This document shows positions 23,228 through 34,957 of a DNA stretch of 35,191 nt, piece by piece (the first letter of the stretch is position 1; every line of letters begins with the position of its first letter). The notes below the pieces were generated by a model. That model did not search any database and was not told the DNA's origin. It worked only from the letters and a program-made list of their open reading frames with translations. The translations under genes were made by a program, and so were the position numbers. Source of the stretch: Octopus bimaculoides (taxonomy: Eukaryota); contig NC_069003.1 of assembly GCF_001194135.2 (NCBI RefSeq), positions 2,194,866 through 2,230,056 on the forward strand. The letters are read 5' to 3'.

Positions 23228-23594
23228 TGTAGGTGTGGCTGTGTGGTAAATAGCTTGTTTACCAACCACTAGGTTTCTCGTTCAGTCCCATCGCGTGCAC
23301 CTTGGGCAAGTGTCTTCTGCTATAGCCTCAGTGCGACCAAAGTCTTGTGAGGGGATTGGGAAGACGGAAACTGAAAGAAGCCTGCCATATGTATATGTTT
23401 GTGTGTCTGTGTTTTCTCCCTACCATCATTTGACAACCGGTGTTGGTGTGTTTATCTCCCTGCAATCTAGCGGTTCGGCAAGTGACCGATAGAATAAGTA
23501 AAAGGCTTACAAAGAATAAGTGCTGGGGCGATTTGTTAGACAAAGGTGGCGCTCCAGCATCGCCGCAGTAAAATCACTGAAGCAAACAAAATAA
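23228..23594 (+). mobile_element. tRNA-derived SINE, family B, near full length
   Basis: Head gtggctgtgtggtaaatagcttg...gttcagtccc (A/B-box-like), caccttgggcaagtg, gacggaaactgaaagaagcc, internal TA/TG, 3' half gcggttcggcaa..gaccgatagaataagta..ggcttacaaagaataag. Homologous to 13860-14317 and 25865-26018. Confidence 0.9.
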
Positions 23595-23698
23595 CATACA
23601 TGCGCGCGCGAGCGTGAATGTATGTACACACATAAATATGTATGCATGCATACATAAATATGTATGCATGCATATATATATATATATATATATATATA

Positions 23699-23857
23699 GA
23701 CTGGACACTATTCAATTTTTTTTCTCCGTGTTTTTCTCCTTGTCTCCGTATTCTTTCTGTTGAGGAGCGTAGCTCGAAACGTTAAAGACTTTCCGTATTC
23801 CCGAGCGTCATACTAATACATCCTTTTGTTGTTTACACCACCTGTCCTCGTCTGTTG
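23699..23857 (+). mobile_element. Short hammerhead-containing repeat (Penelope pLTR-like), copy 2; runs into gap
   Basis: Homologous to 17695-17841. Preceded by (TA)n; followed by an N gap and (TA)n. Confidence 0.75.
23752..23788 (+). ncRNA. Minimal type I hammerhead ribozyme-like motif (variant core CUGUUGA)
   Basis: UCUUU-CUGUUGA-G-GAGC-GUA-GCUC-GAAAC-GUU-AAAGA. Perfect 5-bp helix I (UCUUU/AAAGA), 4-bp helix II, GAAA, palindromic ACGU helix III, GUU triplet. Confidence 0.65.
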
Positions 23858-23925
23858 NNNNNNNNNNNNNNNNNNNNNNNNNNNNNNNNNNNNNNNNNNN
23901 NNNNNNNNNNNNNNNNNNNNNNNNN
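23858..23925. other. Assembly gap (68 N)
   Basis: N run followed by (TA)n. Confidence 0.99.
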
Positions 23926-23985
<60 letters not shown>

Positions 23986-25082
23986 CACTCTTTTATGCTT
24001 TTACTTCTCTCTGTCGTTTTATACCTTATCTATTTATCTATAAAATACTACAATTAACCGACATCATTGACGGCACGTGGTCACCTCGTACTATTATATT
24101 TCCCTGGATTCAGCTCTTCTTTGTTTTGTGTTCAACTTGTAGTTAAAGATGAACTCCCATCGTGGTTTCGAGTCTTTAACTAAATATCACAATATCGCCT
24201 TCGTTAAATTTCTTTTATTCCTTCTCTAATCAATTTTTCATCCATATAAGTGTCACCATTGTTTACCTGTCTATTTGTCTACCTTCCTTCCTACTACTTG
24301 TATGCTGCCTTGCGCATTAACTTCACCATTATTTTATATTACATATCACTGTCTTATACCGAGTAATAAATAGATACACCGGCTATGACAGTCCTTCTGT
24401 GGATCTATTTTATGCATGATCTCTTTCTCTATTTGTATTGTACTTAAATATATTGTTGATTTATATAACATAATATTTAATTCTATGAAACTATATTTGT
24501 ATAATGCTGCTAGTCTCAACTTTTGTATTATATTTCAGATGGACTATTCTTTATTTTATTTTATATATGCTTTATAGATCTAGGTGCTATATTCAGTTTC
24601 TTGTACGTTAAGCGATTCGGTAACTTGTCAAAATGTCCGCCTCATAATATTCTTTACCACGTCAGTGTTCATCACGCTGCAAATACATGTGCACTAGACG
24701 CAGCTATACATATACCAATGATAATCATTTCACACACAGAGATATACACACATATATATATAATATACACGACAAGCTGTTTCATCTACATAGATTCTAA
24801 TGATATCGTTTCACTGCACCTCTTATCACTTCATAGTATATTATATGTACTTAGCTTTACGGATCCTTTCAAACGTTTTCGGTGTATTTAATAAGTTGCA
24901 CGTGTTCTCGTCTCTCCTTCGCTGTCATCAGTATCAATACAATGTGTGTAAATCTCTCATCTGCCGTTATCTTCTGCCAGGAGGCAACAACTCGGAGAAA
25001 TTGCAGAATAACCTGTCACAATATATGAATAATGTATATTAGTCTATGATTGTATTACCCCCATTTGTTACCAGCAAAGGAG

Positions 25083-25115
<33 letters not shown>

Positions 25116-25344
25116 NNNNNNNNNNNNNNNNNNNNNNNNNNNNNNNNNNNNNNNNNNNNNNNNNNNNNNNNNNNNNNNNNNNNNNNNNNNNNNNNNNNNN
25201 NNNNNNNNNNNNNNNNNNNNNNNNNNNNNNNNNNNNNNNNNNNNNNNNNNNNNNNNNNNNNNNNNNNNNNNNNNNNNNNNNNNNNNNNNNNNNNNNNNNN
25301 NNNNNNNNNNNNNNNNNNNNNNNNNNNNNNNNNNNNNNNNNNNN
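25116..25344. other. Assembly gap (229 N)
   Basis: N run flanked by (TA)n on both sides. Confidence 0.99.
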
Positions 25345-25378
<34 letters not shown>

Positions 25379-25727
25379 ATATATATATATATATACACAT
25401 GTATGTAAGTAAATATATTTGTCTGTTTTTGCGTGTATGTGTGTGTGATTGTATAATTGTGCGCCTAAATGTTAGATCTGTATTAGTATTGTTTGTTTTG
25501 GGGAAATAAAGCAATTATGGAAAAAGGTGAAATGAGAACAGAAGGTGAGATATAAGAGAAAGAGGTGTACAAATTAGCCTGAAAAGGAGTCGGAAGAATA
25601 ATTAAAAATAGTAAATTCGAATGTATTTGTAGTTTCAGGTATAAAACTAAAATTCTAAGATTAAAATTGAAATACAAAATAAGAGGAACAGCAATTGTCT
25701 TCTATAAATGATGTTCGAAAAAGATAT

Positions 25728-25866
25728 GGAGGTTATTTGGTATCAAAAAGTTCCTGAACTAATTATGTTAAATAAAAAACGACTTAATTAGCTAAGTTTT
25801 AACACCATCTCCTTCGACATAGTCACCTTGCACGGCAATACACTGGTTCTAGCGCTGCTGCCACTT
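25728..25866 (-). mobile_element. Mariner 3' end (transposase C-terminus plus TIR remnant)
   Basis: Minus translation KWQQR*NQCIAVQGDYVEGD matches the mariner C-terminal 'W..RW.KCI..QG.YFEGD'. TIR-like ggtatcaaaaagttcctgaact at 25739-25760. Confidence 0.75.
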
Positions 25867-26014
25867 TACGTCCCCTTAACTTAGCGGTTCACCAAAAGAG
25901 ACCGATAGAATAAGTACTAGGCTTACAAAGAATAAGATAAGTCCTGGGGCCGATTTGCTCGACTCAAGGCGGTGCTCCAGGATGGCCGCAGTCAAATGAC
26001 TGAAACAAATAAAA

Positions 26015-26018
<4 letters not shown>
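25865..26018 (+). mobile_element. SINE family B, 3' half only
   Basis: tttacgtcccc..aacttagcggttc..gaccgatagaataagtactaggcttacaaagaataag..ggcggtgctccag..ggccgcagtcaaatgactgaaacaa aligns to 23450-23594. Confidence 0.9.
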
Positions 26019-26063
<45 letters not shown>

Positions 26064-26427
26064 TACACGATGCTGAAGAAAGTCCATATTTAATGATGGC
26101 ATACTTAAATATTACTTCTTCCTTTGACACCTTCAGTTTTCTCATTACCAATCAGCGAGATACACCACCATTGCACAGTTTCAATGACACGCTTGTAACT
26201 ACATAAAGAGTTTCACTTTCATTTCTATAGGCAACAATTTTGTCACATTTTATTTTAGCCTTAAGAAAATTTACCAATAAACAGCATAACATCAATATTA
26301 AGAGAACAAGATATTAATTATCTAAATTACATAACTAATCAGCCTCAACTGTATATGTGTGCGCGTATATGGATGCGTGCGTGTGTAGTATGTCGTATTT
26401 TCCGTTTGTTGTTTTTTAGTTATTCCT

Positions 26428-26656
26428 GAAAATTTTAATAATGATGATGACTTGAAATCGCGCTGGTTTCAGTTTTTTAGCTGATAAGTACCAGAAGTTC
26501 TCTGAGCGTGGAACCATGAAGTTGCCAGAAAGATGGCAAAAGTTCATCAAACAAAATGGAAAATTTATAATCGATTAAAGTTCATTCTTTGAATGAAAAC
26601 AGAAAAGTACTTTTATTTCACACTAAAAAAACGAAATTACTTTCATGCCACCCCCA
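26428..26656 (+). mobile_element. Mariner 3' end (transposase C-terminus plus TIR)
   Basis: NFNNDDDLKS..QFF / ADKYQKFSERGTMKLPERWQKFIKQNGKFIID* is a typical mariner C-terminus. Terminal aaaacgaaattactttcatgccacccc is TIR-like. Confidence 0.9.
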
Positions 26657-26811
26657 CCCCCCACACACACGCGCACGCACTCACACACACACACACACAC
26701 ATATTTATATATATACATATATGTACACGCACACACACACACACTTACGTAAATATATATATGAAGAGGTACAAGAACTGAGAAGAGAGAAATAGTGAGA
26801 GACACAGAAGT

Positions 26812-26849
<38 letters not shown>

Positions 26850-26974
26850 TGACACACGCGTATTTTAGTCCATTTTGCATGCCATATTTCTTTCCAATAG
26901 TGTGTGTATGGATATATACACATACACGTATACATGTGTATCTCCGTATATAAGTAAATATCATATATATATCT

Positions 26975-27010
26975 ATATATATGTTATATGCTATATATAT
27001 ATATTATATA

Positions 27011-27049
<39 letters not shown>

Positions 27050-27068
27050 ATATGCTATATATATATAT

Positions 27069-27099
<31 letters not shown>

Positions 27100-27114
27100 G
27101 TTATATGCTATATA

Positions 27115-27153
<39 letters not shown>

Positions 27154-27175
27154 TGTTATATGCTATACATATGTA
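26975..27175. repeat. Higher-order repeat: four ATGTTATATGCTA-anchored units with variable (TA)n spacers
   Basis: Anchors at about 26981, 27045, 27098 and 27153. Confidence 0.85.
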
Positions 27176-27459
27176 TGTATATATATACACATACATATAT
27201 ATTTACAAACATACATAGATATATTCATTCACACATACATGCCCACACATCGCACATACACATATACAAATGCACACATGATGGTTGGCTGTCAGTTCCA
27301 TACACAAACTTGCACTAATCTGCAAGGGCCTCGACGGAAATTAATTCCATTAGGTTCCCGTTTGTTTCCTTACAACAATAAAATATAAATAAACAGAACA
27401 GGCCCACTGGCTATGCAGTTCATGAGAAAAACAATTGTGTATATAATATACACATACAA

Positions 27460-27501
27460 CCACTAATGCCTGTATGTATGTGTATATATGTTTCTCTCTC
27501 T

Positions 27502-27539
<38 letters not shown>

Positions 27540-27567
27540 CGCTCGCTCTCTCTCTCTCTCTCTCTCC

Positions 27568-27608
<41 letters not shown>

Positions 27609-27779
27609 TTCACATACTCATACGAATATGCAGTCATGATTATTAACATGTATATGTAAGTGCGTGTGTGTGTTATTGAGTCTGTGTAGATATGTATGTA
27701 TGTGTGTGTGTTTGCATGTTTCTGTTTGGTTCTGAGAGTGGATGTGTATGTGTAAATTTACGATGTAGCGTACATAAGA

Positions 27780-27824
<45 letters not shown>

Positions 27825-28200
27825 CAACGAGGTGTATGTACAGGTTGAAAACGAAGGAAATATCTGAGTGGCTTATGTTTCGAACCAACTATTTCTCTCT
27901 CCCGACAACGTCTCCTTCTCTATTTCGATACACGCACCTACAAACATACATAAACACACTCATGTGCGCACATATTATCCTCTCTGTGTGTGTGTGTATG
28001 TATGTATGTGTGTATATATATATATATGTATGTATGTATATGTATACATGTATGTATATATATGAGTGTATATATGTGTGTGTATATATATATATATCTG
28101 AATGTATATATCTATCTATATACGGAGATAGAGAGAGATAGAGGGAGAGAGAGATGAATGTATATGTATGTATGTTCGTACGCATTTGTATGTGTGGTTT
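27460..28200. repeat. Compound (CT)n/(TA)n/(TG)n block
   Basis: Read directly. Confidence 0.9.
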
Positions 28201-28338
28201 GTTTGTAACAGTAAATGCATGACCTCAAGTGCCGTAGATGAAAATGTTTGCTCAAATGGAAGCTTATCATGAACCGACACGATAAAATAACAAGAGAACT
28301 AAAAATAACCATACTGTAACAGATATTCACAGAAATCA

Positions 28339-28375
<37 letters not shown>

Positions 28376-29005
28376 TATATGTATAAATTTAGATATATGT
28401 GTACATAACTTCCTATATACATATAAGTGATTGAGGGTTTGTGTGTGCGTGTTTATATATGTTTGAATGTCTGCATGCCAAACTGTTAAGTATTTTCTGC
28501 TCTTTACCTTGCTTTGCAATTCATGAATAACTAGGAAATATCTTGTGTTTGTATCATTATATGAAGATAGAGCTTGGCAGGTTCCTTACTTCATCGTTCC
28601 CAGAGTTAAGAAAAGCAATGTTGCGTCTGGATGGATTTGAACTCGCAGCAAAGAGCATCTTGATTAAGGACCACACACAGATTTGTCCGATGCGATATCC
28701 TCTTGTTAAAAACAAGATCGTGTTATGATTATCGTTATATCTCGGCTAGTGAAAATTTGTGTCAATCGTACAAAACGTCATGTTTAATTTCGTAAGTTTA
28801 ACTCACTTTTCCCCAAGACAACACTCTAAACGTTGTATTTTAGATCCGTACTCGAGTACCAAGAATGTTATGTATAAAACAGGAATAACCACAATTGTCT
28901 GAAAGCAGATTCCAAAGCAGGTCTAAGTTTCAATTATTCAATAACACAGCAAAGAACCAAGCGCTCCACGGAAGTGAGAAACAATTGAATATATAGCATC
29001 ACATA

Positions 29006-29051
<46 letters not shown>

Positions 29052-30591
29052 CGTATATTATACACGTGTGTGTATGTGTGTGTGTGTGCATTTGAATGTA
29101 TGTTCCTACATGTGTCAGTGTTTGTTATGTGAAGAAATTGATATCATCATTGATAATGATTAATTATTCAGAACATAATTTCGATGCCTAATTCTATTAG
29201 AATAATTGCGATAGGCGAAATACTAAAAATATCATTATCTATTTATGGAATTATAAGGATTATGATTGTAATCGTCTTAAAACTATATAAAAATATATCG
29301 CACCACCAAATACGGAACAATTCTATCATCATCGAACGTGTTTATTCTTATCTATGGAGGAGCAATTTTAATAGGTTTATAAAATTTGCACAATCTAAAG
29401 TTGTACAAAAATGGATTCTCTGAATTCATATAAAATATTTATATGTGTGTCTATTTATAAATCGTCTTTAAAATAGTAGGCCATAATGCATAAACATATA
29501 TGTGCGTGTGTATATCTGTTTGTGTGTGTGCGTTTGTGTGTGTGTAAAATGTGCATACAAAGAAAATAGGGCACTGGAGAAGACAATGAAATTTACGGGA
29601 AATGAGAGAAACGCACAAATGAAAGGCGCAGAGATGTTCAACCTGTTCTCGTTGCCGACCAAATATTATTCCATCGACATTCTTTATTACATCTAAAACC
29701 AGTTCTACATGACCAACATGTTTGCCACAAGTGCACCGCGTCTTGTCATTTTAGAAACGGGTTACATATGTAATTGAGGGCTTAATGTTCATTTAATAAC
29801 GAAATTTTTTTTTTGTTTTTTTTTTGCTTTTAAATGAATTTGAGATTTAACAAGATTCTTCATACCTTTCTCTCACAGAAATGTGTGTCTGTGTGCGAGC
29901 ATTAACACACACGCACACACACGCACACACACACACACACATCTACATATATATAGTAATAGTAGCGATAAGAAGTGTTGAGAAATAAATTAACTTCAAG
30001 TAAATTCAAATATGTTTGCGACTTTTGTAAACTTCTAAAGACAAACTCGCTGCAGGATTCCAAAGCAACAAAACTTTGGCTTACGGTTAATGGTATATAA
30101 AAAAAAAACAGCTTATCTACGCAGTGTCTCCTTCTAGCGGAGTCCTAGGTGCGTTTCTGACTTCATAACCTTCTTTATTTGGTGATACGGGAAGAGAGAT
30201 ATGACTCGATAGATTATTAAGTCCCAGCTTTATCTTAGAACAATCAACAAGAGCGACTGTCCCCCTCTTTATCTTCAAATGGGGGATGGGGGAAGCTAAA
30301 GATCTAAAAACGTGGATAGTAGTCGTCTAGGGGTAGAAGCTAAAACTTTTAAGTGTTTTCACGCATTTTAACATAGGCCAGAAAATCTGTAAGTGGAAAA
30401 ATAAAAATATGCAAGATTTTTATGAAGTCTAAAATCTGATTTGTTTTGTTAACTCCTTTCTAATAATGGAGGTTTGTTTTTTTGTCAGAATCCTGCTTTT
30501 TTTCTCGGGTGATGAATTCACATAAATGAAAACAGAAATGAACATCCATCCATCCATCCACCCATCTATCCATGCACACACACACTCACGA

Positions 30592-30622
<31 letters not shown>

Positions 30623-30905
30623 GTAGGCATTTATGATGAATGACTTATGAGAATCTGTTTGTCCTATCGTCTTTACAGCTTACATATTTAATACGGTTTA
30701 TGATTCAAGAAGCGTCAGCACCGGCTGAAAAATATTCATCGTAATTTAAGCATTCTGTACTTCTTCGCCGTTTCAATAGAGAGGCGTGTTATTAATCCAT
30801 ATTGAAATAGACATAGATTTGTGTCTGTGCCTTTGTATTCTGTAGCATGTATGTGTGCGTTTTGTGCATGTGTAAGTGACTGTATGTATGTGCGTGTGTA
30901 TATAA

Positions 30906-30938
<33 letters not shown>

Positions 30939-31072
30939 AACAGCAAAAATATCATAAAAACTATATATATATATATATATATATATGCATATATATTATT
31001 GTGTCTGGGTGTATACACAAGCACACGTATCCGTACTTATCTAAATATGCATTTAAACAGAAATACATGTAG

Positions 31073-31107
<35 letters not shown>

Positions 31108-31727
31108 CCAAATGCATTAAACCGTTAAACAGACATATACACATGCAGAAACTTACTGCCATAAGCACACACACACACACACACACGCACACACACACAT
31201 GTTCATATTATACTGTGTCATATTGTATTATATATGCATGTGCAGTGTGTCTCATGATTGAGTACAATGAAAATTTCAAACAACATCAACATACTGTTTT
31301 TCTTCCTTAGTGTATATTTGACAAGCTATTCAAGTCATCTATCATTTCAGTCATCCATTTATCTATTTATCTATTTAACAATGTAATAATAATGATATAT
31401 TTTCTTCTTCTCACACCAATCTTTGTATAACATATACAAATACAACAATATAACGAACGTCAATAATATAATTGAAATCAATGATAACAGTTAAACAGAA
31501 TAGAAATTCTTTGTATCAAACAAGATGGAGTATGTTGTTTTTATTCTCTTTCTTTAATATTCTAAGAAGACATATTTTAACGGGGTTTATAACAGAATAT
31601 AGCTGTCTGATTGGACTTTCTTGTCAAGTGAATTTATCATGTGTGTTTATGTGTTTGTATGTGTGTATGTGCACACGCAAACAAGCCTAAACAAACAGAT
31701 ATATGTATACATACACCCGCGCACATA

Positions 31728-32260
31728 CGAGGATTGAACAAAAGCTAGCGGGACCGGTACTATAAAAAGAAAACTACCAAAACATATCAATTTCGAATTT
31801 AATCTCCTTCGAAATCGTCCACGTCTGAAGTCAAGCATTTTATCCAGCATCGATAGGAAATTCCTCGAACTCTTTTGCGGGAATAGCGAGCAGCTGCCTC
31901 TTCGTATTCTCTTAGATTTCCTTGACATTTTGAAATGCTGATGGGGTCTTCCAATGCGAAGAATGAGCTTCGGTTTCGGGCTCAGTAACCATTGACCTAC
32001 GATTCGCGACCTCTTATGACTATTTTCAAAATGGTTACGTCTTTGTCGACACCATCAAGGAGATTCTGTGCAGCTGAAGCCCGGTCTTCTTTTGAGACGA
32101 CCATACTCTACACACTTTACTTGCCGGCATTGCTATAAACAACGGAAGAAAGCGATAACATTATATGAGTGACAGAGTTGAAGGTCAATCTGTGCCAAGT
32201 GGCTTCACGCTGATGACTTCAGTAGTCCAGAAAATGTCCGAGGTGTATATGGAACATTTA
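31728..32260 (-). mobile_element. Internally deleted mariner element
   Basis: TA at 31726-31727 then TIR-like CGAGGATTGAACAAAAGCTAGCGGGAC. Minus translation KEDRASAAQNLLD..DKDVTILKIVIRGRES*VNGY / EPETEAHSSHWKTPSA-FQNVKEI*ENTKRQLLAIPAKEF / CWIKCLTSDVDDFEGD*. The 5' boundary is uncertain. Confidence 0.82.
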
Positions 32261-32450
32261 GTGCAGACATACCGACGATTCTGGTCCCATATTAAAAGAC
32301 TCATCGAAGCGAAACGTAGAATCATAGAATAATATTTTACGAAAGTGTATCGTGACCATGCACTGAAAATTTCCTTAGAATATTTTTTTTATATATATTC
32401 ACACACACACACACACACACAATAATATATATATATATTCCGTAATTTGC

Positions 32451-32642
32451 CTAAGTTTTGCGTCTGTTCTGTGTGGACAAGATTTTAACTTCTATGTTGT
32501 CGAGTGAGCCCCCGTGTTCCTGCACGGCGTGCTGGTATTGAACCGATGAGCTCTTCTCTTCCTTCAGCTCTCGCCAATACTCATTTACCCGCTCTCCCCT
32601 GATCTGTGCTGTCTCCTCTACGTACGTCTTTATCTTGCAGAA
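32451..32642 (-). mobile_element. Penelope-like element GIY-YIG endonuclease fragment (decayed)
   Basis: Open 63-codon minus frame FCKIKTYVEETAQIRGERVNEYWRELKEEKSSSVQYQHAVQEHGGSLDNIEVKILSTQNRRKT* resembles 'C...YVGET.R.L..R..EH.....S.L..H...H....IL' (the YIG half of PLE GIY-YIG domains). Confidence 0.75.
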
Positions 32643-32929
32643 TTAAGACAGACAGACGGTCGGACAGACAGGCATACAGGCAGACAAGCATACAGACAGA
32701 CAAAGCGATAGATAGATGGATATTCGTGAAAATTTAAATTTCCTTTCGTTGAAGACAGAAAAAAATTCAATAAAAATATTTTCACATTGAAGAGGAAATA
32801 ATTTTATAATTTCAGGGAATTAAAAAGAAAATTTTTAAAATCAGTTTCGAAGCTCAGGAGACATCCTTTTCTTTCTTAGCAGGCAAAGACACGATTAATA
32901 GCATAGTTTGTTTGACTGTCTGTCTGTTA

Positions 32930-32972
32930 TATATATGCGTATGTGCACACACGTACACACATGAATTTTTAT

Positions 32973-33004
<32 letters not shown>

Positions 33005-33575
33005 ACGCACACACATGACGCTCTCATTTTTATTTCTGCTTCGTATGTAGTGAATGCTGTTACATTATTGAGTATATATATGTGTGTGTATATATGTTGA
33101 GAATGTGTACGTGTATGCACCTGTATCTTTGTGTATATATTTTGTCTGCATTTTGTATGTGCGTGCGTGTGTTCTGATTTCACCCTTTAGCGTTGAGATT
33201 GCTCTGTGGAATGGTAATGCTTATTTATTCATGTTGCTTAGAATTAATCATGCATTATCACGTAACGACGAAATTTCAATGATGTCGTTCTTTATAGAAT
33301 GACATTGTAGAATAGGTGTGAGAGTTTGTATCTGACTACTTTGACCATAAAATAGGCGGACGATTTGTGCTGGTTGTGGCCGGTTAAAATATACATTGAG
33401 TTTTATAGCTTCGACTTTATTCCATAGTTTATGTCTACTTTGTTATGATGGATAGTATTAATATCATAGCTTTAATTATTTTAATTTAAAATGTGTCATA
33501 ATTTATTCGTCTGGGAAAATGTGGACAGAAAAGTACATTTCTACACGCGCAGACACACAACACAAACACACTCAT

Positions 33576-33633
<58 letters not shown>

Positions 33634-33750
33634 GCACACACGCACACACGCACACACGCACACACACACACACACACACGCACACACACATCTATCTACC
33701 CATTTATCTATCTCTATATAGAGACACACAGACAGACACAAGCTACAGAT
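32930..33750. repeat. Compound (CA)n/(CACG)-interrupted block
   Basis: Long (CA)n at ~33575-33690, read directly. Confidence 0.9.
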
Positions 33751-33839
33751 ATATATGCACAAATATTTCGTAACTGGAAGAGAAACGAATGAGGCAGAAA
33801 AAAATCTCTTTGCAACGTGAAAATATAATACTAAGACTT

Positions 33840-34680
33840 GTGTCGGTTTACAAGATCTCTACAAGTAATGCGGGGGGTATCTGTGTCCATCAGGCCGGAA
33901 TATAAACTGTTTTCCGGGGCCCTTGAAAGTTACGTAAATTTTAGGATGGTTGTTTCGTATAAAGTAAAGCGGATATTTTCTAGCAATTCTCTTCAAGACT
34001 ACTTGACCTTGTATTTAAGGCTTGCTGTCGTATCCTTCTATGTTAAATTATGAGATGGTCCCGATATTATACTTGCTTCTTTAGCAATCCTTATGGATCC
34101 ACACTTCGCACACCATTGCTTGGAGATATTTCTGTCAGTTAGCTTTCAGGTTCTTTTGAGTCTTTTTCGGACAACGTCCATAAACGCTTTACGATATCAA
34201 CTGGATTCTAGGTTTATGAACAGCCTTGCCGTCCCAATGCCTTTATGAACGACATTCAAGCTCAGCTTCACTCATGTCAACTACTGTTTTTAACTGTGAT
34301 GGCTTTCTTAGATTTCTATTTTAGCCAAATCTCTACACTCTTAGAGGCTTACCCAGTTTGTCGCAGAAGAAAGAGTTTAATTCTTCTGCAGAACAGTGGA
34401 GACTCCGATATCACCTATCGCAATGCAGCTAATTGGTAAAGCTGAAAAGGGTGGACATGAAAAGTGTTCTCTTCACGACGTTTTCTCTTCTTTTTCTAGA
34501 CTATTATGTTACATTTAGAGCTTCCGCGTGATTTCTTGGTTATCTTAGTCATGCTAGGAGAGCTGCGGAATCATGTACAACATATGCCACAAAAAGCTTG
34601 CCATATAGCACGTGGAAATTACTAAAATGCTTTCCAGGATGGTTGCAGCATTACACAAGAGTGGTTTTACTGAGTAACGA
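33840..34680 (-). mobile_element. Possible highly decayed RTE-like LINE fragment
   Basis: Scattered minus-strand pieces (ATILESIL, LYG, LWTLSEK, GPRKTVY, LMDT) loosely resemble post-RT RTE motifs. Many stops; order and spacing only partly consistent. Confidence 0.25.
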
Positions 34681-34860
34681 TGAAACGATTGTAAACGATG
34701 CTTTAAAATGTTTATAACTCCACTATTGGAAATTATATACGTGTGTGTTTGTGTCTATGAATGCATATATTTATCTCAGTGTGTGCTCGTTATACTTATA
34801 CGTATATACGCATACATTTATTCCAATGTATTTGTCTGTATTAGAAATGTAAGTATACAC

Positions 34861-34895
<35 letters not shown>

Positions 34896-34957
34896 GTTAA
34901 TTCTCTAAATGAAGTATTAACAGTAACTGCACGATAAAGTGTAGTATATTGCCACTT

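Noticed and set aside
25728-26656. Two outward-facing mariner ends as a composite transposon
   Set aside because: The TIR-like sequences and C-termini differ (different mariner lineages), so they would not be a matched pair.
30684-30724. Strong acceptor/donor pair on the minus strand
   Set aside because: All three frames are closed; used as an internal control for chance splice-site pairs.
31647-31928. 93-aa minus ORF
   Set aside because: Out-of-frame read of the mariner C-terminus running into microsatellite.
32276-32323. GAAACGUA with complementary GATTC/GAATC flanks (possible third hammerhead)
   Set aside because: No CUGANGA-like core and no helix II.
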